Assembly (NCBI GenBank): GCA_020725405.1
Contig: DYFB01000093.1
Span: 3,183 to 67,182 of the forward strand
Direction of reading: 5' to 3'
DNA length: 64,000 nt
From: Symbiobacterium sp.
GTDB taxonomy: Bacteria; Bacillota; Sulfobacillia; UBA995; UBA9673
Shown here: piece after piece, positions 37,864 to 47,455 of the stretch
How positions within the stretch are numbered: the stretch's first letter is position 1
Layout: each line of letters starts with the position of its first letter
Translations under genes and position numbers: made by a program
The notes under the pieces: generated by a model
Seen by the model: the letters and a program-made list of their open reading frames with translations, nothing else
What the model was told of the DNA's origin: nothing
Database searches by the model: none

Positions 37864-40089
37864 GTGGAAGGCTTCATAGCCGCCGCCTGTCAGACAGCCG
37901 CCACGGCCGAGCCGGCCGAGGCCGTCCTCAAGGCCGCCGCGGCCGGGGCCCGCCTGGTGGTCCTTCCGGCCCGGGTTCTGGAGAGGTCCTGGAGCCCGCG
38001 CTCCGGCTCTCGCCCGGCCGGGCCCTCCCGGCCCGGCCCGGGTCGGCGGTCGGAGCCCCGACCCCTACCTGGGCGCGAAGAGCTCCTCTCCCGCGCGGCC
38101 GACCTCGCCCGGCGCGCCGGGTGCTATCTTGCCCCCGGCACGGTGGTCGTTCCGCCGTCCGGCGGAGGCCCGGCTTCCCCGGTGGCCTGGCTGTTCTCCC
38201 CGACGGGCGAGCTCCTGGGTGAGCAGGTCGCTACGCACCTGACCCGGGAGGAGGAGGCTGCCGGGGCGGTCCCGGCTGACGAGCTCAGGGTCTTCGACGT
38301 CGACGGGGTCGGCGTGGGTCTCCTCGTCGGCCTCGACGTCTGGGTGCCGGAGGTCAGCCGCATTCTCGCCCTGGAAGGCGCCGTCGTCCTCCTCGCCCAC
38401 CTCGCCCTGCCCGCGCCCTACTCCGAGGCCCGGCAGCTCGCGGGAGTCTGGCAGGAGGTGCAGCAGAACCAGGTCTTCGGCGTCGAGGCCTGCCTCGTGG
38501 GGTCCCGGGACGGGACCACGTACGCCGGTCGCAGCGCCGTGACCGCCCCCTGCGAGATGACTCCCGGCGAGAGCGGCTTCGTGGTCCGGGCTCCCTCCCC
38601 GGAAACCGCGGTGACCCTGCTCGGGGCCATCGACCTCGCGGCCAGGCGGCGGGTCATCGAGAGTTACGACATCTTCGCCGAGCTCAACGTCGGTCTCTAC
38701 CGGCGGGTCTTCCCACAGGTCTACCTGGCCGCCCGCGAGGCCGGAGCCGCCGGGCCCCCCACCGAGCTGGCCGCCGGGCCTCCCACCGAGCCGACCGCCG
38801 GGCCTCCCACCGAGCCGGCCGGCAGGGACCGGGGCGCAGCGGGACAGCCTCCGGGCGACCGGCGTCCGAGGAGGCGTCCGGGGAAAGGACCGGAGAACCT
38901 CGGGTTCAAGGAGCGGCTCTTCCGGCGCTATCTCACCTTCGTCTCCCGTCCGCGCGTAGTCCGGCGAGCGGTCGCCGCTCTCCGGCTCACGCCTCACCCG
39001 AAGCGGCGGAAGAAAGGCCGGTGGTGGACGGAGCCCGGCCTCGGACGGCCCCGCGCGACCTCCAGGGGGGGCGCCGCTGCCGGCGAGCCCCGGCCGCCGC
39101 GGACGGTGCGGGTCGCGGCCATCCAGCTGGAGTCCTTCTACGCGAGGAACGTCACGGACTACGTCCTCCGTCTCGGAGAACGGTTCCGCGAGGCCGTCGC
39201 CGAGGGGGCCGACCTCGTTGCTTTCCCCGAGTACGTTACCCAACCCCTCATCGGGCTCATCCCCGGGGTCGCGCCGCTGGAGGGGGCGGAGAAGGGCCGC
39301 GACCGGAGCCAGGCCAACCCGGGACCGGACAAGGCCGCGGTGGCCCTGGCCGACGTCACCCGGTTCATGGAGCCCATCTTGAGGAACGTCTACTTCACCT
39401 TGTTCGCGGCCCTGGCCGCCGCGGCGCGGGTCTACGTTCTGGCCGGCGCGACCCCGATGCCCGGGGCCGGCGGCAAGGTCTACAACGTGAGCCACCTCTT
39501 CGGACCGGACGGAAGGCTCATCGGAGCCCAGCCGAAGGTGCACCTCTTCCCCCGGGAGCGGACGGAGGGGCTCTCGCCGGGGGAGGACCTCACGGTCTTC
39601 GAGACGGCCGTCGGGCGGCTGAGCCTGCCGGTGTGCATGGACGCCACCTACTTCGAGACCTACCGACTGGCCGCTCTCCTCGGAGCCGAGATGCTCGGCG
39701 CCCCCGTAGCCAACGCCGAGCCCTACAACTGCTGGAAGCTCCTTCGCGGAGCCTGGCCGCGGGTCCAGGAGACCCCGGTCTACGCCGTGCAGTCGACCCT
39801 CGTCGGCGAGTTCCTCGGCCAGGAGCTCAGCGGGAGGGCGGCCGTCTTCGCCCCGCACGAGCTCACTCCGGCGGGCGACGGGGTCCTGGCTTCGTCGGCC
39901 CAGCCCACCGGCCCCGGGCTGGCCGTGGCCGACCTCGATCTTGACGCTCTCGCCCGCTTCCGCGAGGAGCACCCGGTCTTCCCGCGGCTCAACCTCGCCC
40001 TCATCCGGCGCTACCTGCCCCGGATCTACGAGGACTTCGCCCGGCGGCGGGCGGCTTCCGACCAGGGCCAAGAGGAGTCCCGCCCGTGA
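37864..40089 (+). CDS. Tandem carbon-nitrogen hydrolase (nitrilase-superfamily) protein. N-terminal domain catalytically degenerate, C-terminal domain intact
   Basis: Domain 2: VRVAAIQLE...LVAFPEY (Glu)...SLPVCMDATYFE (Cys). Domain 1 aligns (FIAAACQ...ARLVVLP...VGLLVGLDVWVPEV) but has Gly where the Cys should be. Low-complexity linker. Start chosen at the GTG after SD ggagg. The ORF-track TTG at 37783 overlaps the receiver gene. Confidence 0.7.
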   Translation: MEGFIAAACQTAATAEPAEAVLKAAAAGARLVVLPARVLERSWSPRSGSRPAGPSRPGPGRRSEPRPLPGREELLSRAADLARRAGCYLAPGTVVVPPSGGGPASPVAWLFSPTGELLGEQVATHLTREEEAAGAVPADELRVFDVDGVGVGLLVGLDVWVPEVSRILALEGAVVLLAHLALPAPYSEARQLAGVWQEVQQNQVFGVEACLVGSRDGTTYAGRSAVTAPCEMTPGESGFVVRAPSPETAVTLLGAIDLAARRRVIESYDIFAELNVGLYRRVFPQVYLAAREAGAAGPPTELAAGPPTEPTAGPPTEPAGRDRGAAGQPPGDRRPRRRPGKGPENLGFKERLFRRYLTFVSRPRVVRRAVAALRLTPHPKRRKKGRWWTEPGLGRPRATSRGGAAAGEPRPPRTVRVAAIQLESFYARNVTDYVLRLGERFREAVAEGADLVAFPEYVTQPLIGLIPGVAPLEGAEKGRDRSQANPGPDKAAVALADVTRFMEPILRNVYFTLFAALAAAARVYVLAGATPMPGAGGKVYNVSHLFGPDGRLIGAQPKVHLFPRERTEGLSPGEDLTVFETAVGRLSLPVCMDATYFETYRLAALLGAEMLGAPVANAEPYNCWKLLRGAWPRVQETPVYAVQSTLVGEFLGQELSGRAAVFAPHELTPAGDGVLASSAQPTGPGLAVADLDLDALARFREEHPVFPRLNLALIRRYLPRIYEDFARRRAASDQGQEESRP
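38749..38820 (+). repeat. 24-bp in-frame tandem repeat x3 in the CN-hydrolase interdomain linker (encodes AGPPTE[LP][AT])
   Basis: gccgggccYcccaccgagcYgRcc x3, read directly from the sequence. Confidence 0.85.
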
Positions 40090-42092
40090 AGCGGCTGACG
40101 GTCCCTGAGGAGATGGACTTCGCCCGCCGCCTCTACCCGACCGGGAACCATTTCGTCTCACTCCCCGTTGTCGAGGCCGCCGATGCTTCCGTGGACCGGG
40201 TGGGCGTCCTCCATATGGGAGCGGCCGGCCTCGTGGAGTTCGGCGGGCCCCAGGCCGAGCTCGGGGCCGAGACCCTCCCGGCCCTGGAGCCGCTTATCAG
40301 ACCCTTCATCCTGATCGGCGGTCGGACGTCCGGTCCGGGCCGCGGCGCCACGGCGAGCCCATCCTGGCGGCGCCTCTGGGATTGGGTCCCGGCCTTTGAG
40401 TGGCGTGACGAGCCCAGCGGACTTGTCCTCAAGGGGACGCTGCTTGCCCCTGTCTGGGCGGCCCGCGAGGGTCTCCAGTCGCACAAGGGGTTCGTCTACG
40501 TCCTGGAGGTCTCCGGCCCGGCCGCCGGCGGCGCGCCGCCTGAGGACCTCCGACTCGGCCTCACCCTGACGTGGGGGGACCTTCTGGAGACCGTCTACAC
40601 CTCAAGACGCCTCCCCGCCGCTCTGAGCGTCAGGCGGGACCGCTGGACCGGCGGTCCGGTGCTCGAACCCCGCGCGGGCTCAGGGGCCGGCCCGGCGGCC
40701 CTGGCTGTCTCCTTCTCCGTCCCGGGCGAGGACGTGGAGTGGACGGCCCGGACCGACGAGGCCGGAGTCATCCGGGTGGAGATGACCGCGCGCCCGCGGG
40801 GAGGAGCGGCAGCCTTCTACTTCGGCCTCAACCGGGAGGGGGACGGGGCCCGGACGGTTGCCGTCGACCTCGCCCGCCACGGCTGGGAGAGCCTTCTCCG
40901 GGCCACGGGGGCCGCCCTCGCTCCCCTGCGGCGGCCGGTGGCCGGGGAGGACCGCTTGGGAGCCGCCGGCGAAGAATCGAGAGTCCTGGGCGGCCGGCTG
41001 AACCTGAACCTCCTCTTTAACTACTTCTTCGCCGCCGGGCGAACCATCGATACCGAGGAGCTCGTCCTGGTCACCAGCCGGAGCCCGCTGTACTACGTCA
41101 GCGCGGCCTTCTGGGCAAGGGACGCCCTGCTCTGGAGCCTCCCCGGCCTCCTTCTTGTCGACCCCGGCCTGGCCGAGGAAGCTCTGGGCGAGGCCTTCGG
41201 CCGCTACTTCCGTCACGCCGGCATCCACTCGCTCTACATGGACGGAACCCTCCTCTACCCGGGATTCGAGCTGGACGAGCTCGCCGCCTACCCCATCGCC
41301 CTCTGGCGCTACGTCCGGTCGACGGGGGACGTCGCCATCCTGGGACGGCGGGGTCTCGGGCCGAAGCTTCGGCGGATTCTCGACCTCATGGAGGAACAGG
41401 CCCATCCGGACCCGAATATCCACTTGTACCGGACGTTCCTCCTGCCCTCGGACGACCCGGCCACTCATCCCTACGTGACCTACGACAACGTCATGGCCTG
41501 GCGCGCCTTGCTCTGCGCGGCCGACCTTCTGGAGTGGGCGGAGGGCCGGGACGGGGCGGAGCTGAGAGACCGGGCGGAGAGGGTCAGGGCTTCCGTCTAC
41601 CGCCACCTTGTGGTCGACGGCCCGGGAGGCCCGGTCTTCGCTTGGTCGGCCGACCTGGAGGGCGGGGTGGAGCTGGGCGACGAGCCCCCGGGAAGCCTGG
41701 AGCTCCTGCCGTACTACGGCTTCTGCTCGCGGGAGGATGAGGTCTGGCGCCGGACGGTCGGGTGGATCCACTCGCGGGAGAACCCCTACCGCTACCTCGA
41801 CGTCCCGTTCCCGGGGGTGGGGTGCCCGCACTCGCCCCATCCGTTCGTCATGAGCTTATTCAACGCTCTCCTGGGGGGTCTTCCCGAGAGGATCGCCGAG
41901 GCCCGGTCGGTGCTGCTCAAGGCTCCGCTGGATACCGGGCTCGCCTGCGAGGCCTTCGACCGCCGGACCGGGGAGGTTAAGACGGGAGCGGCCTTCGCCA
42001 CGTGCGCGGGGTTCCTGGCCTACGCCATGCACCGGGTTTTCGGGCGGCCGGCGCATGGAGAATACAGGAATGGTCCCGGGTTTGTGGAATAG
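40086..42092 (+). CDS. Hypothetical 668-aa protein, putative six-hairpin (alpha/alpha)6 glycosidase-like; family not assignable from sequence alone
   Basis: Central block LNLNLLFNYFFAAGRTIDTEELVLVTSRSPLYYVSAAFWARDALLWSLPGLLLVDPGLAEEALGEAF is reminiscent of GH63/GH125/GH15-type barrels. The GTG start overlaps the upstream stop. Confidence 0.4.
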   Translation: MKRLTVPEEMDFARRLYPTGNHFVSLPVVEAADASVDRVGVLHMGAAGLVEFGGPQAELGAETLPALEPLIRPFILIGGRTSGPGRGATASPSWRRLWDWVPAFEWRDEPSGLVLKGTLLAPVWAAREGLQSHKGFVYVLEVSGPAAGGAPPEDLRLGLTLTWGDLLETVYTSRRLPAALSVRRDRWTGGPVLEPRAGSGAGPAALAVSFSVPGEDVEWTARTDEAGVIRVEMTARPRGGAAAFYFGLNREGDGARTVAVDLARHGWESLLRATGAALAPLRRPVAGEDRLGAAGEESRVLGGRLNLNLLFNYFFAAGRTIDTEELVLVTSRSPLYYVSAAFWARDALLWSLPGLLLVDPGLAEEALGEAFGRYFRHAGIHSLYMDGTLLYPGFELDELAAYPIALWRYVRSTGDVAILGRRGLGPKLRRILDLMEEQAHPDPNIHLYRTFLLPSDDPATHPYVTYDNVMAWRALLCAADLLEWAEGRDGAELRDRAERVRASVYRHLVVDGPGGPVFAWSADLEGGVELGDEPPGSLELLPYYGFCSREDEVWRRTVGWIHSRENPYRYLDVPFPGVGCPHSPHPFVMSLFNALLGGLPERIAEARSVLLKAPLDTGLACEAFDRRTGEVKTGAAFATCAGFLAYAMHRVFGRPAHGEYRNGPGFVE

Positions 42093-42180
42093 GGACCTCG
42101 ATGGAGACCGCGGAGACACGGACTGCGGAGTGGAGAACCGGGGCGGGGGCAGGATACGGCAGACCTGAAGGAGGTCCAGG

Positions 42181-42831
42181 TTGAGGCTCTTCCTCGATAC
42201 AGCCAACATCGACGAGATCCGCGAAGCTGTCAGCTGGGGAGTCATTTCCGGGGTGACGACCAACCCCACCCTGGTAGCCAAGGAGCAGGGCCGGAGCTTC
42301 AGCGACATCGTCTCTGAGATCACCGCCATAGTTCCGGGACCCGTCAGTGTCGAGGCCGTCAGCCTGGACGCCGCGGCCATGATCGAGGAGGCCCGCCGCC
42401 TGTCGGCCATGGCCGGCAACGTCGTCGTTAAGATACCCATGACGCCCGAAGGGCTCAAGGCGGTGAAGGTCCTGGCCGGCGAGGGCGTGCGGACCAACGT
42501 CACCCTTGTCTTCTCGGCCAACCAGGCCCTGCTGGCCGCCCTGGCCGGGGCGACCTATGTCAGCCCGTTCGTCGGGCGCCTTGACGACATCGGACACGAG
42601 GGCCTCGAGGTCGTGCGGGATACCGCGGACATCTTCCAGCTCCACGCGCTCGAGACCGAGATCATCGCCGCGAGCATCCGCCACCCGCTGCACGTGATGG
42701 ACGCGGCTAAGGCCGGGGCCGACATCGCCACCGTGCCGATGAAGGTGCTCAGGGCTATGGCCGCCCACCCGCTGACCGACCGCGGGGTGGAGATGTTCCT
42801 CGCCGACTGGGCGAAAGTGAAGAAAGGGTAG
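42181..42831 (+). CDS. tal: Transaldolase / fructose-6-phosphate aldolase (short TalC/FSA subfamily)
   Basis: [35 protein letters not shown] and Schiff-base Lys region VVVKIP. SD gaaggagg before the TTG. Confidence 0.9.
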   Translation: MRLFLDTANIDEIREAVSWGVISGVTTNPTLVAKEQGRSFSDIVSEITAIVPGPVSVEAVSLDAAAMIEEARRLSAMAGNVVVKIPMTPEGLKAVKVLAGEGVRTNVTLVFSANQALLAALAGATYVSPFVGRLDDIGHEGLEVVRDTADIFQLHALETEIIAASIRHPLHVMDAAKAGADIATVPMKVLRAMAAHPLTDRGVEMFLADWAKVKKG

Positions 42832-43032
42832 CCGGGGCTGACCCCGGAGTTATAGCCGGTCGTCCCCCGGACTATGCTAGTACAGCCGGGTTACCCCGTT
42901 GTAACCTTCCGTTGTCGACAGGGTCAGCACGAACGTCAGGACATGTCATCCAGCTTCCAACCGGGACTCATCCCCTGTTGTCTTCCGTTTACCGCACGGC
43001 GCCTGTGACGCTAGAGGACGAGGTGACTAAGG

Positions 43033-44289
43033 TTGAACATCGCCCAGCTTGAGTCCAAGACCCTGAAGGAGCTCTACCAGTTGGCCCGGGATCTCGAGCT
43101 CAACGGGTACTCGGAGATGAACAAGAAGGAGCTCATCTTCGAGATTCTCAAGGCCAACATCGAGAAGGAGGGCTCCATCTTCGCCGAAGGCGTTCTGGAG
43201 ATCATGCCGGAGGGGTTCGGCTTTCTCCGGCCTATCGGCTACCTTCCCAGCCGCCAGGACGTTTACGTCTCGCCCTCGCAGATACGGCGCTTTTGCCTGA
43301 AGACGGGAGACTACGTCTCGGGGCAGGTCCGCCCGCCGAAGGAGTCCGAGCGGTACTACGCCCTCCTGCGGGTGGAGGCCATCAACGAGGAGAACCCGGA
43401 TGTCGCCAAGGACCGGGTGGCCTTCGAGGCCCTGACCCCGGTCTTCCCGGACGAGCGGCTGACCCTCGAGACGACCCGGAACGAGATCTCGACGAGGCTC
43501 ATCGACCTCATCGCCCCCATCGGGCGGGGCCAGCGCGGCCTCATCGTCTCGCCTCCCAAGGCCGGCAAGACGGTCCTCTTGAAGCAGATAGCCAACGCCA
43601 TCATGGCCAACGCCCCGGCCGTCCACCTCATCGTCCTCCTGGTCGACGAGCGACCGGAAGAGGTGACCGACATGGAGCGGTCGGTCACCGGTGAGGTCGT
43701 GAGCTCGACCTTCGACGAGCTCCCCGAGAACCACATCAAGGTCGCCGACATGGTTCTCGAGCGGGCCAAGCGCCTCGTCGAGCACCGGAAGGACGTCGTC
43801 ATTCTCCTTGACAGCCTGACCCGGCTCGCGCGGGCTCACAACCTTGTCGTCCCGCCGAGCGGCCGGACCCTGTCCGGAGGCATTGACCCCGCGGCCCTGC
43901 ACAAGCCGCGCCGGTTCTTCGCGGCGGCCCGGAACATCGAGGAGGGCGGGAGCCTGACGATCATCGCCACCTGCCTCATCGACACGGGCAGCCGGATGGA
44001 CGATATCATCTACGAGGAGTTCAAGGGCACCGGCAATCTCGAGATCCACCTTGACCGCCAGCTTTCCGAGAGACGCATCTTTCCGGCCATTGACGTGAAG
44101 CGGTCCGGGACCCGCAAGGAGGAGCTGCTCCTCAGCCCGGAGGAGCTCGAGATGACCTACGCCCTCCGCCGGGCCCTCAACGCTCTCGGGAACCAGGAGG
44201 CGGCCGAGATTCTCATCGACCGCCTGAAGAAGACGAAGTCCAACGAGGAGTTCCTCAGGATGGTCCTCAAGGGGCTGCAGATGACCTGA
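43033..44289 (+). CDS. rho: Transcription termination factor Rho
   Basis: N-terminal [43 protein letters not shown]-binding and RecA-like domains ([15 protein letters not shown]). Long leader of about 200 nt. Confidence 0.95.
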   Translation: MNIAQLESKTLKELYQLARDLELNGYSEMNKKELIFEILKANIEKEGSIFAEGVLEIMPEGFGFLRPIGYLPSRQDVYVSPSQIRRFCLKTGDYVSGQVRPPKESERYYALLRVEAINEENPDVAKDRVAFEALTPVFPDERLTLETTRNEISTRLIDLIAPIGRGQRGLIVSPPKAGKTVLLKQIANAIMANAPAVHLIVLLVDERPEEVTDMERSVTGEVVSSTFDELPENHIKVADMVLERAKRLVEHRKDVVILLDSLTRLARAHNLVVPPSGRTLSGGIDPAALHKPRRFFAAARNIEEGGSLTIIATCLIDTGSRMDDIIYEEFKGTGNLEIHLDRQLSERRIFPAIDVKRSGTRKEELLLSPEELEMTYALRRALNALGNQEAAEILIDRLKKTKSNEEFLRMVLKGLQMT

Positions 44290-44510
44290 CCCGGAAAGTC
44301 CCGGCCTCTCCCCCGGCCCGCGGCTCGGCTTTCCGGGGCCACGGGCGACCCGGGAGTTCCGGCCGGAGACAACCGTTTATGCACAATAGCGAGGCGTCGT
44401 GTGGGGTCCACGCGGCGCCTCGCCGCATCCCGGGGGATGAAAAGGACGACCGCATACCAGAATAACTACCGGACCGGGAACTGAGCATAATCTAGTAAGG
44501 GAGGTACCCC

Positions 44511-45602
44511 ATGGGTTCCTGGGAACGATTAGGGAGGACAGTGGGCCTCCTGGTTCTCGTGGCGACCCTGTCGGCGGCGTCCGCGGGCGGGGGTCTCCTG
44601 CTTACTCCCTTGGAACCAGGTGGGTTACCTGAGTCACCCGTCGCCGGGCTGGCCGGCCAGGGCGACGCGGTGACCACCCAGCCCGCCCCACAGGACCCGC
44701 AAGACCACCAGCCAGACGCAAGACCCCCGAACCCCACCGACGGGACTGTCTCGTCCCACCTCCCGCAGGGGGGAGGTTCCGCCGGAGAGTCGTCCGCCGT
44801 CGCCGACCCCCGGGTCGAGGCCGTCCCGGGGGCCGCGGCGCCGACCCCCGCGACGCTTGAGCCGACGGCTCGCGTTGTGACCCACATCGTGGCCCGCGGC
44901 GAGACCCTCTCCGGTATCGCCGCCGCCTATGGGGTGAGCGTCGCCACGGTGGCCTGGGCCTCGGGGCTGTCCGACCCCAACCGCATCCTTCCCGGGCAGA
45001 AGCTCGAGTTCCCCACGGTCGACGGGGTCATCCACCGCGTGGCTCGCGGGGACACGCTGTTTGACATCGCCCGTCTCTACCAGGTGGACGTGATGAGCAT
45101 CGTCAGGGCCAACGGCGTCTCCGACCCCGACACCCTGTACCCGGGTCAGGTCCTGGTCGTCCCCGGCGCGACGCCGAGAGCGGCCGCGACCGTTTCCGGC
45201 GGGCCATCGGTCACGACCGCCGCCGCCTCGTCATCGGGCTTCATCTGGCCGCTGCGCGGGGCGGTCACCTCGTATTTCGGCCCCCGCTGGGGCGGGTTCC
45301 ACACCGGCATCGACATCGCCGGGTCCTACGGGGCGACGATCCGGGCCGCCCGGAGCGGCCGGGTCACCTTCGCCGGCTATTACGGGAACTACGGCCGCAC
45401 GGTCATCATCGACCACGGGGGCGGCCTGAGCACCCTCTACTCGCACGCCTCGAAGCTTCTGGTCACCGCCGGCCAGGATGTCGCCCAGGGGCAGGCGATA
45501 GCCCAGGTCGGCTCGAGCGGCAACTCGACAGGGCCACATCTTCACTTCGAGGTCAGGGTCAACGGCCAGCCCAAGAACCCCATGAACTACCTCAAGAACT
45601 GA
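44511..45602 (+). CDS. Secreted LysM-repeat M23 (LytM-type) peptidoglycan endopeptidase
   Basis: Three LysM repeats ([19 protein letters not shown]..., [19 protein letters not shown]...). M23 motifs HTGIDIAG and [12 protein letters not shown]. -10-like CATAAT and SD aagggagg upstream. Confidence 0.85.
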   Translation: MGSWERLGRTVGLLVLVATLSAASAGGGLLLTPLEPGGLPESPVAGLAGQGDAVTTQPAPQDPQDHQPDARPPNPTDGTVSSHLPQGGGSAGESSAVADPRVEAVPGAAAPTPATLEPTARVVTHIVARGETLSGIAAAYGVSVATVAWASGLSDPNRILPGQKLEFPTVDGVIHRVARGDTLFDIARLYQVDVMSIVRANGVSDPDTLYPGQVLVVPGATPRAAATVSGGPSVTTAAASSSGFIWPLRGAVTSYFGPRWGGFHTGIDIAGSYGATIRAARSGRVTFAGYYGNYGRTVIIDHGGGLSTLYSHASKLLVTAGQDVAQGQAIAQVGSSGNSTGPHLHFEVRVNGQPKNPMNYLKN

Positions 45603-45648
45603 CCCCATCCGGGTCCGGAACCCTTCTCCCTCTGCCGCTCGCGCTCGC

Positions 45649-45678
45649 TTGGACACCGGGCGGGGCCCGTGCTATAAT
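45649..45678 (+). promoter_or_regulatory. Sigma-A-like promoter: TTGGAC - 18 nt - TGcTATAAT (extended -10)
   Basis: Read from the sequence upstream of rpmE. It shares the 11-mer cgtgctataat with the site at 50581. Confidence 0.5.
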
Positions 45679-45798
45679 CAGTGTTGCTTTGCCCGAGGCG
45701 CTCGGCGCTCCGCCCGCGGTGTTCGGCCCGACGCCGCCCGAGCCCTCAGGCGGTCCCGGCCGGCGGCCGGGGTACTCCTGTCGGAGAAGGTGCCGGAC

Positions 45799-46134
45799 GT
45801 GAAGAAGGACATTCATCCCCAGTACTACCCTGACGCCAAGATCGTCTGCTCCTGCGGCACGGTCTACGAGGTGGGCTCGACCAAGCGGAACCTCAAGGTC
45901 GAGGTATGCTCGAAGTGCCACCCCTTCTACACCGGCCAGCGCCGGATAGTCGACACCGGCGGCCGGGTGGAGAGGTTCATCAAGAAGTACAATTGGGGTC
46001 AGGAGCAGCCGGTCGAGAAGAAGAAGGGCCTCAAGGTCAAGAAGGGCGCCGAAGAGGTCAAGGAAATCCTCGAGGAGCTGGAGACGGCCGAAGAGAAGAA
46101 GGCCCATCCAGAGAAGAAGGTCCAGCCGAAGTAG
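45799..46134 (+). CDS. rpmE: 50S ribosomal protein L31 with a Lys/Glu-rich C-terminal extension
   Basis: [60 protein letters not shown] (Zn-ribbon CxxC..CxxC form). I chose the GTG start. The ORF-track N-terminus in the same frame lies upstream of the core. Confidence 0.9.
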   Translation: MKKDIHPQYYPDAKIVCSCGTVYEVGSTKRNLKVEVCSKCHPFYTGQRRIVDTGGRVERFIKKYNWGQEQPVEKKKGLKVKKGAEEVKEILEELETAEEKKAHPEKKVQPK

Positions 46135-46190
46135 CCCGGGCCGCACGTCTACCGCCGGGCCGGCTACCTCTCGGCCGCGCCCGCTTGAAG

Positions 46191-46218
46191 GAGACACCGC
46201 GCGAGCCCGCCGAAGCCG
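46191..46218 (+). terminator. Perfect 12-bp hairpin gcgagcccgccg-aagc-cggcgggctcgc after rpmE
   Basis: Perfect inverted repeat about 55 nt after the stop. Followed by tccgtctcccc (no U-run). Confidence 0.45.
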
Positions 46219-46486
46219 GCGGGCTCGCTCCGTCTCCCCGGGGAGGGGCGAAGAAGGAATCCGTCCGGAGAGAACAAAGACTCTTACGCCCGCGAAGCGG
46301 CATTCCAGTTAGCGGGTACAGAGACATCTGTCCCTAGGCCCTTGGTGGGGGGTGGTCGGTCCCGGGCACGCCGAAGGGACGAAGCTCTAAGCGGGGAAGA
46401 CCCACGGGCGAGTTTGGTTGGGCCGCCGAGGCGGGTCCCCACGCTCGCCCGCACGTCTGGTCAGCCCCAGGAAGGAGGTAGTGACT

Positions 46487-47326
46487 TTGAGTAAGCGGAC
46501 ACGGTTCGTTATCGCTCTCGTTCTTGCCGCGGTCCTGACTCTCTCTGTCGTCGCCGTGGCCGGCTGCACGAGAGACGTCCTCGCGAGCGTGACCAAGAAG
46601 GGCGTCATCCGGGTGGGAACCTCAGCCGACTACCCGCCGTTCGAGTTCGTTGACGACCAGGGCAACTACGCCGGCTTCGATGTCGACCTCATGGAGGCCA
46701 TCGCCGGACGGCTTGGCGTCGCCGTCGAGTGGCACGACATGGACTTCAACCTCCTGCTCGCGGCCCTGAAGAAGCGCCGGATCGACGCGGTCATCGCCTG
46801 CATGGACGCCACCGAGGAGAGGGCGAAGGAAGCGCTCTTCACCATCCCCTATCTCGTGGCCCCGGACGCCATCCTGGTCAAGAAGGGCAGCACCCTCGTC
46901 ATCACCGACCTCGTCACCGATCTGCCCGGCCTGAAGGTCGGCGTCCAGACCGGAACCGTCCACTACGACTGGATCAAGGACAATCTCATCGACCCCGGGT
47001 TGATGCCCGAGACCAACCTCAGCCAGTACCCGCGGGCGGACATGGCCGTCCTTGACCTTGTCGCCGGGCGCCTGGACTGCGTCTTCATGGACGAGAGCGC
47101 CGCCATCGGTTTCACGCAGACTCACGACGTCGAGAAAGCCCTCTCGGTCGACCTGGAGGGCGCTCCGGCTATCGCCGTGGCCCTGAAGCAGGAGCCCCTC
47201 CTGGAGAAGCTAAACGAGATCATCCAGCAGCTCGAGGCTGAGGGCGTCATCGACCAGCTCGCCCAGAAGTGGTCCGTCGGAGCCTATGCCCAGCCTGAAG
47301 CTGAGGACGAGGAAGCCGGAGACTAG
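46487..47326 (+). CDS. Polar amino-acid ABC transporter substrate-binding lipoprotein (family 3)
   Basis: Lipobox VVAVAGC. GVIRVGTSADYPPFEFVDDQGNYAGFDVDLMEAIAGRLGV. TTG 8 nt after GGAGG. Confidence 0.85.
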   Translation: MSKRTRFVIALVLAAVLTLSVVAVAGCTRDVLASVTKKGVIRVGTSADYPPFEFVDDQGNYAGFDVDLMEAIAGRLGVAVEWHDMDFNLLLAALKKRRIDAVIACMDATEERAKEALFTIPYLVAPDAILVKKGSTLVITDLVTDLPGLKVGVQTGTVHYDWIKDNLIDPGLMPETNLSQYPRADMAVLDLVAGRLDCVFMDESAAIGFTQTHDVEKALSVDLEGAPAIAVALKQEPLLEKLNEIIQQLEAEGVIDQLAQKWSVGAYAQPEAEDEEAGD

Positions 47327-47455
47327 GAATCCGGCGGCTAGGAGCCGGAGGTAGTAGCGAGTCGCAGCGGTGGGGCCGGGACCCGGCTCGCGTGGTCTTT
47401 CGGATGGTCCCGGCCCCGCTGTCTGTGATGGAACGCCCGGGACCGAAGCCTTAAA

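Noticed and set aside
44389-44423. Hairpin gcgaggcg...cgcctcgc after rho as a possible terminator.
   Set aside because: Reasonable 8-bp stem, but no T-tract follows and it sits inside the leader/promoter region of the next gene. Kept as unassigned.
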